Positions 26,282 to 34,071 of a stretch of DNA of 34,257 nt are shown here, one piece after another. The number at the start of each line of letters is the position of its first letter. Within the stretch, counting starts at the first letter, position 1. A model generated the notes under the pieces. It was not told the DNA's origin. It did no database searches and worked only from the letters and a program-made list of their open reading frames with translations. Both the position numbers and the translations under genes were made by a program. This DNA comes from a virus (lineage: Duplodnaviria > Caudoviricetes), in the IMG/VR virus record IMGVR_UViG_3300031716_000035, positions 1-34,257 of that record; one strand, written 5' to 3'.

Positions 26282-26526
26282 AGCGCCTCGTCGATGGAGG
26301 ACGCCACCACCTGAATCGGACCGCCAGCAGGGCCTGAATGTTCGGCCTGCACCTGGCTCAGATCAGGCAGCGTTTTCTTGAGCAGGATTTCAATGGCTTT
26401 GAGGCGGGAAGGAGGAAGATCCTTGGTTTTACCAAGAGCATGATTTTGCAGGACATTCAAAAGCTGACTGACCTGTATCTTGGTGCGCACATCGTCCTGA
26501 TGCGTCTTCCTCAGTCGGGCAGCCAT
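26278..26526 (-). CDS. Probable terminase small subunit (82 aa)
   Basis: ATGA-coupled upstream of terL; KAIEILLKK.LPDL and EHSG..GGPIQ tail typical of small terminases. Confidence 0.7.
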   Translation of the reverse strand: MAARLRKTHQDDVRTKIQVSQLLNVLQNHALGKTKDLPPSRLKAIEILLKKTLPDLSQVQAEHSGPAGGPIQVVASSIDEAL

Positions 26527-26693
26527 CAGCGGCCCCGAATGTCGCCTGCGGTGAGGCGCGCCCGCATGACGCGAAGGTGAAGGTGATGCGCGGCCATACG
26601 AGCGCGCTGCTGGCGCTCTTCGGCCTGGATCAGATGATCGAGCTCGCCCGCAAAGAGTGCGCGGCGAAGCTCGGCTCGCTTCGGCTTGGTCAC
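26526..26693 (-). CDS. Small basic hypothetical protein (55 aa)
   Basis: GTGA overlap upstream and TGATG overlap downstream. Confidence 0.55.
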   Translation of the reverse strand: MTKPKRAELRRALFAGELDHLIQAEERQQRARMAAHHLHLRVMRARLTAGDIRGR

Positions 26694-26866
26694 TTGCTCA
26701 CGCCCCGTTCTTTCGGCGCTTTCACGCCATTGACCTTCACCGGCTCGGCCTTCGGGCCCGGCGGCGGATTGCCACCATGGAAGCTGCCCGCCTTCGCCGT
26801 ACGCGATGCATGCGCGCAGCCCGTTGCCACCTTCATGTTGCCGCCGTCCTTGATGCCGCTGCCCAT
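26690..26866 (-). CDS. Small Gly/Lys-rich protein (58 aa), probable first late gene
   Basis: RBS context CGGGAGAGCGAC-ATG nearly identical to the coat gene's CGGGAGAGCAAC-GTG. Confidence 0.65.
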   Translation of the reverse strand: MGSGIKDGGNMKVATGCAHASRTAKAGSFHGGNPPPGPKAEPVKVNGVKAPKERGVSK

Positions 26867-26936
26867 GTCGCTCTCCCGTGAGGTGGTGTACCAATGACGT
26901 GATACGCGCGACTCTATGTGACGGGAAAATTTCGCG

Positions 26937-27209
26937 CTAGCCGATGGTGAGGCGATCGCCAACGCGAAAGTGGCCCCACTCTCCTGTAACCTTCGTGATC
27001 CGATACGAGCCCAACACGCCCAACGCCTCATCCGTGATCATCTGGATCGTCAGCAACTGATTGCCCGCGCGAAGTTCCGCGACGGGCACCACGATCCCTG
27101 ATTCAGTCTCGGCCATGCCCGGCGCCAGCTTCATGAGCGAAGATGCACGCACGATTGCTGGTGCGGCGGCGAGCGCCAGCACAGAGCCAAGGAATCCGCG
27201 TCGATCCAT
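26937..27209 (-). CDS. Twin-arginine (Tat) signal protein with a coat-N-terminus-like segment (90 aa)
   Basis: MDRRGFLGSVLALAAAPAIVRA; GGAGG RBS; NQLLTIQMITDEA resembles coat NSLLTINMVTNEA. Confidence 0.75.
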   Translation of the reverse strand: MDRRGFLGSVLALAAAPAIVRASSLMKLAPGMAETESGIVVPVAELRAGNQLLTIQMITDEALGVLGSYRITKVTGEWGHFRVGDRLTIG

Positions 27210-27541
27210 CACTGCCTCCGAAATCCCCGCGCCAGCTTTGCCAGCGCCATCAGGTCATACCCAACGAGTTGCCCCGTCATATGCGCGGGCTGGGTGCGCG
27301 GACCGGCCATATTCGGCTGATAGTCCACGCGTACCCAATACCGCGGCGCGCGATGCTCCCGGCTCACGCCTGTCATGCCCATCGCGCCAGTGGCATGGCC
27401 GGCCTGCAGCACGCGCTCAACGTCCTCCGCACTGCCTTCGTAGAGCAGCGCCAGGCATTGCGGCGTGTATGGCTTGCCCGGCACCAGCGTGGCCAGTAGA
27501 CATTCGAGCGTGAGCGGGAGACGGACTTTGCGTGCGCGCAT
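27209..27541 (-). CDS. Hypothetical protein, possible winged-HTH regulator (110 aa)
   Basis: AGGAG RBS; YTPQCLA...SAEDVERVL...G..., PRYWV pattern; sits at the Q-equivalent position. Confidence 0.5.
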   Translation of the reverse strand: MRARKVRLPLTLECLLATLVPGKPYTPQCLALLYEGSAEDVERVLQAGHATGAMGMTGVSREHRAPRYWVRVDYQPNMAGPRTQPAHMTGQLVGYDLMALAKLARGFRRQ

Positions 27542-27549
27542 GCTGGCTC

Positions 27550-28260
27550 CTACAGATGCCGCTCCGCCGTCTTCACCCACGACTCAAGCTCGCCCGGCAG
27601 CATGGCGAAGTCGCGGCGCAGCAGGCCGATAATGCGGCGAAGGAGCGGCGTGTGGGGGTGTTCAGCGGCGGTATCGCTCGGCGAGTTCGGCGCGGCCGAT
27701 CCATTGGCTTCGAGCGCCGAACCTTCGCCAGTCGTTTGCGAGCCAAAGTTGGCCGCATTCACATCGGAAGAGGTCAAGGGGGATTCGGTCGAAGCCGAAG
27801 TCGAATTGCTCGAAGCGGACTGGAGGCTCGCCGCCTGGACGTTTCCCTGCTCACCTTCGCCGCCATCCGTCGCACCGGGCGCAGAGCCTTCCGTTGCCTG
27901 CTCGTCCGACGAGGCACCACCAGCAGCGTTTGGGGCGTCAGCGGCACCGGCTGCGGCTGAAGAACCAGCCAGCGCATCGTTCGCGCTCGACGCCGAACCT
28001 GAACCACTCGGCGTGAGCGCGGTCGCGTTTCCCTCACCAATACCCTGCTGCTCGCTCGATTTCGCGGTCGTATCCGCGACCGGTTGCGAGGTCGAACCGG
28101 ACGGCTCCCCCGATTGCGCGACCACCGGCGCGTCGGGGTGCAGGAAGTGCTCTACCTTTTCTTCGAGCGCATGCATCGCGCCCATGATCTCGCCAGCGAT
28201 ACCCTGCGGCTTGTCTTCGTGCTGGATCTGTTGTGCTGCCTGTGCGATGGGATCGCTCAT
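27550..28260 (-). CDS. Low-complexity, largely disordered protein (236 aa)
   Basis: Ser/Ala/Gly/Glu-rich middle between two short amphipathic helices. Confidence 0.7.
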   Translation of the reverse strand: MSDPIAQAAQQIQHEDKPQGIAGEIMGAMHALEEKVEHFLHPDAPVVAQSGEPSGSTSQPVADTTAKSSEQQGIGEGNATALTPSGSGSASSANDALAGSSAAAGAADAPNAAGGASSDEQATEGSAPGATDGGEGEQGNVQAASLQSASSNSTSASTESPLTSSDVNAANFGSQTTGEGSALEANGSAAPNSPSDTAAEHPHTPLLRRIIGLLRRDFAMLPGELESWVKTAERHL

Positions 28261-28298
28261 CTCTTGCCTCGTTTCGTGGGTGGGAAAGCGGGAGCGCG

Positions 28299-28679
28299 TT
28301 AGGCGCCGAAAGCGGCGATGCGCTCGCCGAGCACCGCGCTGTACATCGTCATGATGTGGGCCTGCGTGTTCAGCCGCTCCTGTTCTTGCCATGGCAGCGC
28401 GGCAAAAATGTCGGTGGTCTTGAACTGGCCCAGCTTCTCCCGCTTTGCGTCGAGATCGGCTTTCTCGTCGACGACACGTTGCTGGTGGGGTGCGAGTTGC
28501 TTCGTCATGCTCTGCTCCTGTGGGTTGGACTGCTCGGGATGCTTCTCCATCGCGCGCCTGAGCTGCGCGTCGAAGTCTTGTTCGCGCCGGCGGTCGTGGC
28601 CGCAGACGCATCTGTTCTGGCGCAGGCACTCGGTGGTGTGCGCGCAGTGCCATTGGGCGATGTCGGTGAGGATGGTCAT
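28299..28679 (-). CDS. Phage coiled-coil protein (crAss001_48-like C-terminal domain); alternative start at 28508
   Basis: PHQQRVVDEK..L..K..KL..F...L..Q...M..YS.VL..RI pattern; AGGAG RBS before ATG 28508. Confidence 0.7.
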   Translation of the reverse strand: MTILTDIAQWHCAHTTECLRQNRCVCGHDRRREQDFDAQLRRAMEKHPEQSNPQEQSMTKQLAPHQQRVVDEKADLDAKREKLGQFKTTDIFAALPWQEQERLNTQAHIMTMYSAVLGERIAAFGA

Positions 28680-28987
28680 AGCGGCGCCTCGATCGCGTAT
28701 GCGCGGAAATCCTCGCTGCCTGTCTCGATGTGCTCGAGGTTTCCCACGCGGTTGGTCTTAAACATGCCCATCGGCAGGAACACGCGATCAAATACGCCGT
28801 GCCATTTACCAAGGTCGGTAGGGCTACCGTTGTCATATTTGGTCGGCCCGCATGCGCTGCACAGCCGCTTTCCGCGCCGGTCCTCCATGCCGTCCCATGC
28901 GTACCACTGCGGAAACTGGTTGCAGCCTTGATGCGCGAGTGCGGTGTTTTCGCAGCAACCGCAGTGTTGGCATTGGAAAAGGCTCAC
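28676..28987 (-). CDS. Cys-rich Zn-binding phage protein (103 aa)
   Basis: FQCQHCGCCENTA and LCSAC; GTGA/ATGA coupling. Confidence 0.78.
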   Translation of the reverse strand: MSLFQCQHCGCCENTALAHQGCNQFPQWYAWDGMEDRRGKRLCSACGPTKYDNGSPTDLGKWHGVFDRVFLPMGMFKTNRVGNLEHIETGSEDFRAYAIEAPL

Positions 28988-29460
28988 GCTGCCTCCCGTG
29001 CCGTCACCGTGACCGCGACAGCCAGCGCCGCCCACGCGTGCGACGAGACGCCGTACAGCGGCCCCGGCTGAGACTTGGTGCCCACCTGAGGCGTCTTGCC
29101 GCCGCCGGTCCGCGGGAACATGTCGAGGAGCGCCTGGCGGATGTTCGGGTCCTTGGCCTTGGCCGTGCCGCACAGGTGCAGCTTAACGTCGCGACGATAG
29201 ATGAGGCGCACAGCGTCAGGCGAATGCCACGCCTGCTGGAAGCGACCGATCCACACGCAAGTTTCGAAGACCTCGCGCCCCACCGCCATGCCGTAGCTGG
29301 CGATCATTTCGATCGCGAGCGTCGCGCCGTTGTCCGGCATCTTGCCCAGCGAGTGCAGCAGGTCAGCGTTGGGCATCACGCCGGACTCACCGACTTGTGA
29401 GCCGTCAAAAAGGCACCACCCGCTCTTGTCCGTGCCCGGGTCGATTGCAAGGGTCAGCAT
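28984..29460 (-). CDS. RuvC-like Holliday junction resolvase
   Basis: LAIDPG, AIEM, FET..WIG.F and HAWAALAVA RNase-H-fold motifs; nin-like region. Confidence 0.78.
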   Translation of the reverse strand: MLTLAIDPGTDKSGWCLFDGSQVGESGVMPNADLLHSLGKMPDNGATLAIEMIASYGMAVGREVFETCVWIGRFQQAWHSPDAVRLIYRRDVKLHLCGTAKAKDPNIRQALLDMFPRTGGGKTPQVGTKSQPGPLYGVSSHAWAALAVAVTVTAREAA

Positions 29461-29816
29461 TTTCCAGACCCTCCGCAAAAGCGGCATTCCTCGGAATCGT
29501 AGCCGCCTCCATTGGGCAGAAGACCGCCTACTTCACCGCGCCCATTGCATGCGGCACACGTCTCGCCCTCCACCCGGTAGCACGGCCGATCCGCCCGATG
29601 CAGTACGCCGGGCAGCGAGGGGGAGCCGCAGGTGCAGAGCCAACCAGAGCGGTCATTGCAATCCGGGCATGGATCACCGCCTTCGTCAGGCGCATAGTAC
29701 GAAGGGCCTCCGATCATCCCGTGCCCATTGCATGTCTTGCACACCGGCTCGCTGCGCGTAGTGGTCGCTTCGGCTTTTGGACCGGAAGCATCAAGGTCAG
29801 GTTTTGTCGTGGTCAT
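29454..29816 (-). CDS. DnaJ-type Zn-finger protein (120 aa)
   Basis: CKTCNGHG, CPDC, CAACNGRG and CRFCGGSG; ATGA overlap with the helicase stop. Confidence 0.7.
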   Translation of the reverse strand: MTTTKPDLDASGPKAEATTTRSEPVCKTCNGHGMIGGPSYYAPDEGGDPCPDCNDRSGWLCTCGSPSLPGVLHRADRPCYRVEGETCAACNGRGEVGGLLPNGGGYDSEECRFCGGSGKC

Positions 29817-30775
29817 CGTTTCCACTCCTGTTTCCATTCGCCGGTCGCAAAGTCGATGTAGCGGCGTCCGGCACCGGCTGCCTCGAGCATCTGCTGGCTT
29901 TGTTTGTCGAACCACAGGCTGATGCGCCCTTCCCATGAGTAGTGGCGCTGCTTGGCGCAGATCAGCGTCGAATCGGGGATCAGCGCGAGATCGCCCAGCT
30001 TTTTCGCATCCTTTTCGGCCTCGACTTGCGCCTCTTTGCGCTTGTTCCGGAACACGATCAGCACGTTGTCGACGAGATCGGTAATCTCGCCAGCGCCCTT
30101 CACCGAGAACTTGTCCGGCGCGTCGAATTCCTTCTCGCCCTTGCGCATGTGATGCACCAGGTGGATGTGCAGGCCGGTGTCGCGCGCCAGCACACACAGC
30201 GCGTCGACGAAGTTCTTCTGCCCGGTGTAATCGTCCGGCGCGAGCCCACATTTCATGAGGCTATCGATCACCAGATGGTCGATGCCGAGTTCCTTGCGGC
30301 AGTAGCGCGCGACGGCGAGCATGCGGGCCGGTGTGACCTGGCCGCGGTGCGCGTAGATCCACAGGCGATCATCGGTCCAGCGGTGAAACCGGTTGATGAT
30401 CTCGGCCGTCGGGACGTAGGAGCCGGCCGCCATGCGGTTCATGTTGCGCATGGTGACTTCGGGTTTCATCTCGAACGACGCGATGCAGGCGCGCGCACCT
30501 AGCACCATCGCGTTGAGCATCACGTAGCTGAGCTGGCCGGACTTGCCGTGCCCGTTCACGCCAGCCCACAGCGAAACCTCGCCCGGGCGCATCATCAGGC
30601 GCTCGCCAACCTTGCCCCATGGCATGGCATGGCCGATGACCTGCTGCTGTTCCTCGCCGTGGAAGTAGCGAACCACGTCCTCTGCCCATTCGGACGCCGG
30701 TCGGACATCGGCGCGGCCATCATCCTCGTCGTTGGCGTAGGCCTGCCAGTCGATGTTGTCGGGGATCAGGCGCAT
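29813..30775 (-). CDS. DnaB/SF4-type replicative helicase ATPase domain (320 aa)
   Basis: GVNGHGKS Walker A, SFEM, LVIDSL, HLVHH.RK, KG.G.ITD..DN and KQR motifs. Confidence 0.87.
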   Translation of the reverse strand: MRLIPDNIDWQAYANDEDDGRADVRPASEWAEDVVRYFHGEEQQQVIGHAMPWGKVGERLMMRPGEVSLWAGVNGHGKSGQLSYVMLNAMVLGARACIASFEMKPEVTMRNMNRMAAGSYVPTAEIINRFHRWTDDRLWIYAHRGQVTPARMLAVARYCRKELGIDHLVIDSLMKCGLAPDDYTGQKNFVDALCVLARDTGLHIHLVHHMRKGEKEFDAPDKFSVKGAGEITDLVDNVLIVFRNKRKEAQVEAEKDAKKLGDLALIPDSTLICAKQRHYSWEGRISLWFDKQSQQMLEAAGAGRRYIDFATGEWKQEWKR

Positions 30776-31272
30776 GAGGCACCCCGCTCGTTGGCGATTT
30801 GCAGCAGCAGACCGAATGCGCGGTCAAACGGGATCGGCAGCGCGTGGCCAAGCTCCTGCCACAGCCGTTTCGCAACCTTGGCGCCTTCGGCGTACCACTT
30901 CGGGCCGACAGCCATCGGGAACCAGTCGAACAGGCCGAAATCACCTTCCGGGTGTGGGACGACGCGCATTTCGCCGCAGTCGATGCGCGGGCCTTCGACG
31001 AACGTCAGCACCATGCGGTCGGGCACCGCGGCAGCGATATCGGCGAGCTGGCGCAGCACGTCGCCCATCTGCACCGAGCGCGAGACGAACACCTCGACCT
31101 CAAGCCCCTGGATGCAGCGCCACTCATACGACCGCGCGGCGTCAGCGATCAGCGTGACGTTCGTGAAATCGTTGAGCGGGCCGACGAACGAGAGCAGCAC
31201 AGGCAGTTCCGGCACGACGCCGCGCATGCGCAGGTCGACCAGCGATTGAGCGTTGAGCGGGAATCGGCTCAC
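30766..31272 (-). CDS. Hypothetical replication-region protein (168 aa)
   Basis: GTGA-coupled to the initiator; lies between initiator and helicase. Confidence 0.7.
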   Translation of the reverse strand: MSRFPLNAQSLVDLRMRGVVPELPVLLSFVGPLNDFTNVTLIADAARSYEWRCIQGLEVEVFVSRSVQMGDVLRQLADIAAAVPDRMVLTFVEGPRIDCGEMRVVPHPEGDFGLFDWFPMAVGPKWYAEGAKVAKRLWQELGHALPIPFDRAFGLLLQIANERGASCA

Positions 31273-32069
31273 AGGGCACCTCGGGTGAGATCGTCGTAGT
31301 CGCTGGCGACGGATGAACCGTTGACGCCGCCGGCTTTCAGGGCCCCGGCGTATTGGCCGAATTTCTCGGCGTTGAAAAGCGTGGCTGGCCGGAGGTACTG
31401 ATCCATCTTCGGGTCGTTCAGCCATTCCCCGACCTTGGCATCGACAACCGCCTTCAACTGATCGACTGTCGCCCCCTCCTTGATCCTGGCGAGGATCAGT
31501 TTCGTGTTGGCCGGGACGGCTTCGAATTTTCGGCCGGCCCTGTCATTCAGGTAGGCGATAACGTCGCTCGCGACGTCCTTTTGTTGGTTGTCTTTTGAGG
31601 TTGTCTTTTGTGTGTACCGATTTGGTACTATCGCTGGTACCGATTTGGTACTAGGGGAGTACTGATTTGGTACCAGTACCAATTCGGTACTAGCTGGTAG
31701 TACCGTTTCAGTACTACGTGGTACCGTTTCGGTACTAGCGGGTGATACCGATTTGGTACTCCCCCATGTGCGGTATTTCTTGTTGATCTCGATCACCGAT
31801 CCGAACTTGCCGGACTGCTTGTCGATCACATTCATTTCAACGAGCTCACCAAGCGTCTTCACGACGTGTGGGCGCGCGAGGCAGCATATGGCGGCAATCT
31901 GAGAAGCGGACATGTCGTCGCGTTTCTTGTTGTAGCCGTAGGTTTTTCGGATGATCGTCATAAGGACTTTCAATTGTCGGGCCGAGAAATGGAACGCCAA
32001 AATCGCATCGAACAGCTCATTGGCGAGCCGTGTGTACCCATCTTCGAGTTGAGGCGTTTCTTCTTGCAC
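31269..32069 (-). CDS. Replication initiator (lambda O-like N-terminus; conserved phage C-terminal domain)
   Basis: LEDGYTRLANEL...RKTYGYNK N-terminus and M..YLRPATLF..KF..Y C-terminus; contains internal iterons. Confidence 0.9.
   Translation of the reverse strand: MQEETPQLEDGYTRLANELFDAILAFHFSARQLKVLMTIIRKTYGYNKKRDDMSASQIAAICCLARPHVVKTLGELVEMNVIDKQSGKFGSVIEINKKYRTWGSTKSVSPASTETVPRSTETVLPASTELVLVPNQYSPSTKSVPAIVPNRYTQKTTSKDNQQKDVASDVIAYLNDRAGRKFEAVPANTKLILARIKEGATVDQLKAVVDAKVGEWLNDPKMDQYLRPATLFNAEKFGQYAGALKAGGVNGSSVASDYDDLTRGAL
31614..31759. repeat. Replication origin iterons (7 x 15 bp, GTAC-N7-GTAC)
   Basis: Units start at 31614, 31637, 31659, 31676, 31700, 31721 and 31745; consensus GTACCGATTTGGTAC; adjacent T-rich tract ~31579-31611. 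Confidence 0.9.
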
Positions 32070-32104
32070 GGATCACTCGTTGCTTTCGAGTTGGGCTTTG
32101 AGCT

Positions 32105-32185
32105 TCAAAGCGATTTCCAGAAGACCACGCAGCCCAAAACAAACGAAGCCGCCATGAACGAGGCCATCAGGGTTCCGATATCCAT
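32105..32185 (-). CDS. Putative 26-aa membrane peptide
   Basis: TGATG overlap with the cII-like stop; single hydrophobic segment. Confidence 0.45.
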   Translation of the reverse strand: MDIGTLMASFMAASFVLGCVVFWKSL

Positions 32186-32577
32186 CACGCCGCCTTTGAC
32201 TCGAGCAAAGCGACACGCGCGCGGAGGCGCATGATTTCCGCTTCCGGAGAGTCGATCAGTTCGGCGATCTGCTTCTTGCGCATGTCGGCGTATTGGCCGA
32301 TCGCCCAGTTGGAACACAGGTGCTGAAGTACCAGCTCCTGATCGGAGGTCAGGTAGCCCTGACCGTTCTTGACCTTGGCCAGATGCGGCGGCCGGAAGCC
32401 AAGGTATTCCGCGATCTCGCTTTCCCGGATACGGCGCACACGCTTGTCCAGGCAAAGGCGGATGGCATCCCCGTAGTCCTCGCAGCTTGCAATTAACCCT
32501 TCATCGATCAATCGCGGCTTGGGGATCTCCATAAGCACCGGGAGGGCAAGCTGCATAAGGTCATTGAAATTCTTCAT
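32185..32577 (-). CDS. CII-like transcriptional regulator (130 aa)
   Basis: HTH-like ESEIAEYLGFRPPHLAKVKNG; lies between cro and the initiator. Confidence 0.65.
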   Translation of the reverse strand: MKNFNDLMQLALPVLMEIPKPRLIDEGLIASCEDYGDAIRLCLDKRVRRIRESEIAEYLGFRPPHLAKVKNGQGYLTSDQELVLQHLCSNWAIGQYADMRKKQIAELIDSPEAEIMRLRARVALLESKAA

Positions 32578-32659
32578 CGTCTTATCCGTTGTTAGCCATT
32601 GCGTTAACCGTTGTGCAATGCGCCAAATAAAGGCGTCACAAGGACGCCAAATGAAAAAT

Positions 32660-32947
32660 TCAAACGACCAGGGGTTCGAGCTTTCTGCTCTTGTTCACAC
32701 CGCCGACCGGCGGTTGTGCATCGTCGGATGCAGCCATCGAATCCAGCCCATCGCCCCAGATATCCGGGCGCAGTTCAGCGAGGGTGAAGCGCGAGTCGTA
32801 CGCGACGATCCGTTTGCACAGATCTGCGCTGGGTTTGCGCTTGCCGAGCGAGCAGTTATAGAGGTAGTTCACCTTTGCACCCACAGCTTCGGCAAAGGCC
32901 TCGCGGTCGGGCCGCTTGGTGATTCGAAAGTACGTACGCAGGTCCAT
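32660..32947 (-). CDS. cro: Cro/YdaS-like repressor
   Basis: AFAEAVG...YL....G.RKPS and ELRPDIW motifs; divergent from cI. Confidence 0.82.
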   Translation of the reverse strand: MDLRTYFRITKRPDREAFAEAVGAKVNYLYNCSLGKRKPSADLCKRIVAYDSRFTLAELRPDIWGDGLDSMAASDDAQPPVGGVNKSRKLEPLVV

Positions 32948-32951
32948 GTCT

Positions 32952-33049
32952 ATACCGTGGTGGTTTGTAGGTGCGACCTGAGTATAGACCATTCTGGTTT
33001 ATCTACACAAACCTTTTTGGGCGTTTATCAAAATGGTTCAAAACGGTAG
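32952..33049. promoter_or_regulatory. OR operators and PR promoter
   Basis: ACC-N5-GGT palindromes at 32952-32966 and 32986-33000, imperfect copies at 33009-33023 and 33025-33039; minus-strand TTGTGT-18-TATACT (33010-32981). Confidence 0.75.
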
Positions 33050-33059
33050 GCTGGACCAC

Positions 33060-33542
33060 ATGAAGACTTGCAAAGAGATGCGCCTAGAGAACGCCAGGAC
33101 GCTCGCCGGCAACCCCGCGGCATTCGCCCGCAAGCTCGATATGTCCAGCCAGCAGGCGAACGCGCTGATCGGCCCCAATCCCGTCAGAGGCATAGGGGAT
33201 GAGAAGGCGCGCGAGATCGAAAAATGCTACGGGAAAGAAACTGGATGGCTGGATCACGATCACGAATCCGCACAACACGATTCGTCGAACAACGATCGAT
33301 ACAACGCTCTGAGCGAACAGGCGAAAAGCCTGATTTCGTGTGTCATTGATCTGGACAGGGTTGGCAATCTGTCCCGATCAACGTTCCTTCTGCATACTGG
33401 TTTACTCCGACTTTCAGCAGCAGCCTCAGAATTACACACTGGCTCCGCGAGAGCCGAAATGATTGCCGACATCGAGAGGCTGATTGGCTCCGCATCCGAA
33501 ATACCGGGGGCCACCGATGAACCGAGACATACAAGGAAGTGA
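33060..33542 (+). CDS. CI-like immunity repressor without an S24 peptidase domain (160 aa)
   Basis: N-terminal HTH (RLEN...AAFARKLDMS...IG...AR.IE......GWLD); divergent from cro; flanked by operators. Confidence 0.78.
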   Translation: MKTCKEMRLENARTLAGNPAAFARKLDMSSQQANALIGPNPVRGIGDEKAREIEKCYGKETGWLDHDHESAQHDSSNNDRYNALSEQAKSLISCVIDLDRVGNLSRSTFLLHTGLLRLSAAASELHTGSARAEMIADIERLIGSASEIPGATDEPRHTRK

Positions 33543-33687
33543 AGTTGTGAACCTGGCCCGTTACAGGGCCAAAACGCAGCAAAAGCAGGAAAAGCACCGT
33601 AGCGATCAAGAAAGACTGCTGGACGAGATCACGTACCACATCCTTATGGCCGCAAGAGCCATCGCAGCTCGTACCCCACCCAAGTAA
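33517..33687 (+). CDS. Small basic protein co-transcribed with cI (56 aa)
   Basis: VVNLARYR motif; GGGGG RBS; followed by a terminator. Confidence 0.6.
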   Translation: MNRDIQGSEVVNLARYRAKTQQKQEKHRSDQERLLDEITYHILMAARAIAARTPPK

Positions 33688-33700
33688 GCACCCTCCCTTC

Positions 33701-33728
33701 GGCCCGCCTCGTGCGGGCCTTTTCGTTT
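33701..33728 (+). terminator. Rho-independent terminator of the immunity operon
   Basis: GGCCCGC-CTCGT-GCGGGCC followed by TTTTCGTTT. Confidence 0.85.
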
Positions 33729-33792
33729 CCGCTCCGCACAATCCCCCCCTATTGGGCAGCTCAGCCCGATAGAAAACTATTTGCTCTAGCTC

Positions 33793-33834
33793 AAACCATT
33801 ATGGTTGTACATTTAAACCGTTTTGGTCTATGAT
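33793..33834 (+). promoter_or_regulatory. OL operators and PL promoter
   Basis: AAACCATTATGGTTG 33793-33807 and AAACCGTTTTGGTCT 33815-33829; TTGTAC-18-TATGAT. Confidence 0.78.
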
Positions 33835-33877
33835 CCTCTCAACGCTGCACGACACGCAGCGATCAGAGGGGAACGAG

Positions 33878-34036
33878 ATGAGCAAGACCGAACACGATCG
33901 CGGTTACGACGCCTGCCTTGATGGCGAGCCGCTCGATCTGAACCGAAGCGACGCCTGGATCGATGGCTGGAATGCGGCGAACGAACTTCGTCAGAGCTGG
34001 CTGGACCTCTGCGACACCGCGGATTTCTTCGCCTAA
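33878..34036 (+). CDS. Small Rmf/CrpP-like protein (52 aa), first PL gene
   Basis: GAGGGG RBS; HDRGYDA..DG......S.AW.DGW..A pattern. Confidence 0.6.
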   Translation: MSKTEHDRGYDACLDGEPLDLNRSDAWIDGWNAANELRQSWLDLCDTADFFA

Positions 34037-34071
34037 CAACCGCGCCCGCTACGGCGGGCATGGAGACTGAC

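Noticed and set aside
27550-28836. 428-aa ORF
   Set aside because: The upstream part overlaps two better-supported genes; the credible start is ATG 28260.
31614-31759. CRISPR-like array
   Set aside because: Spacers are only 2-9 bp, the array lies inside the initiator ORF and there are no cas genes; these are iterons.
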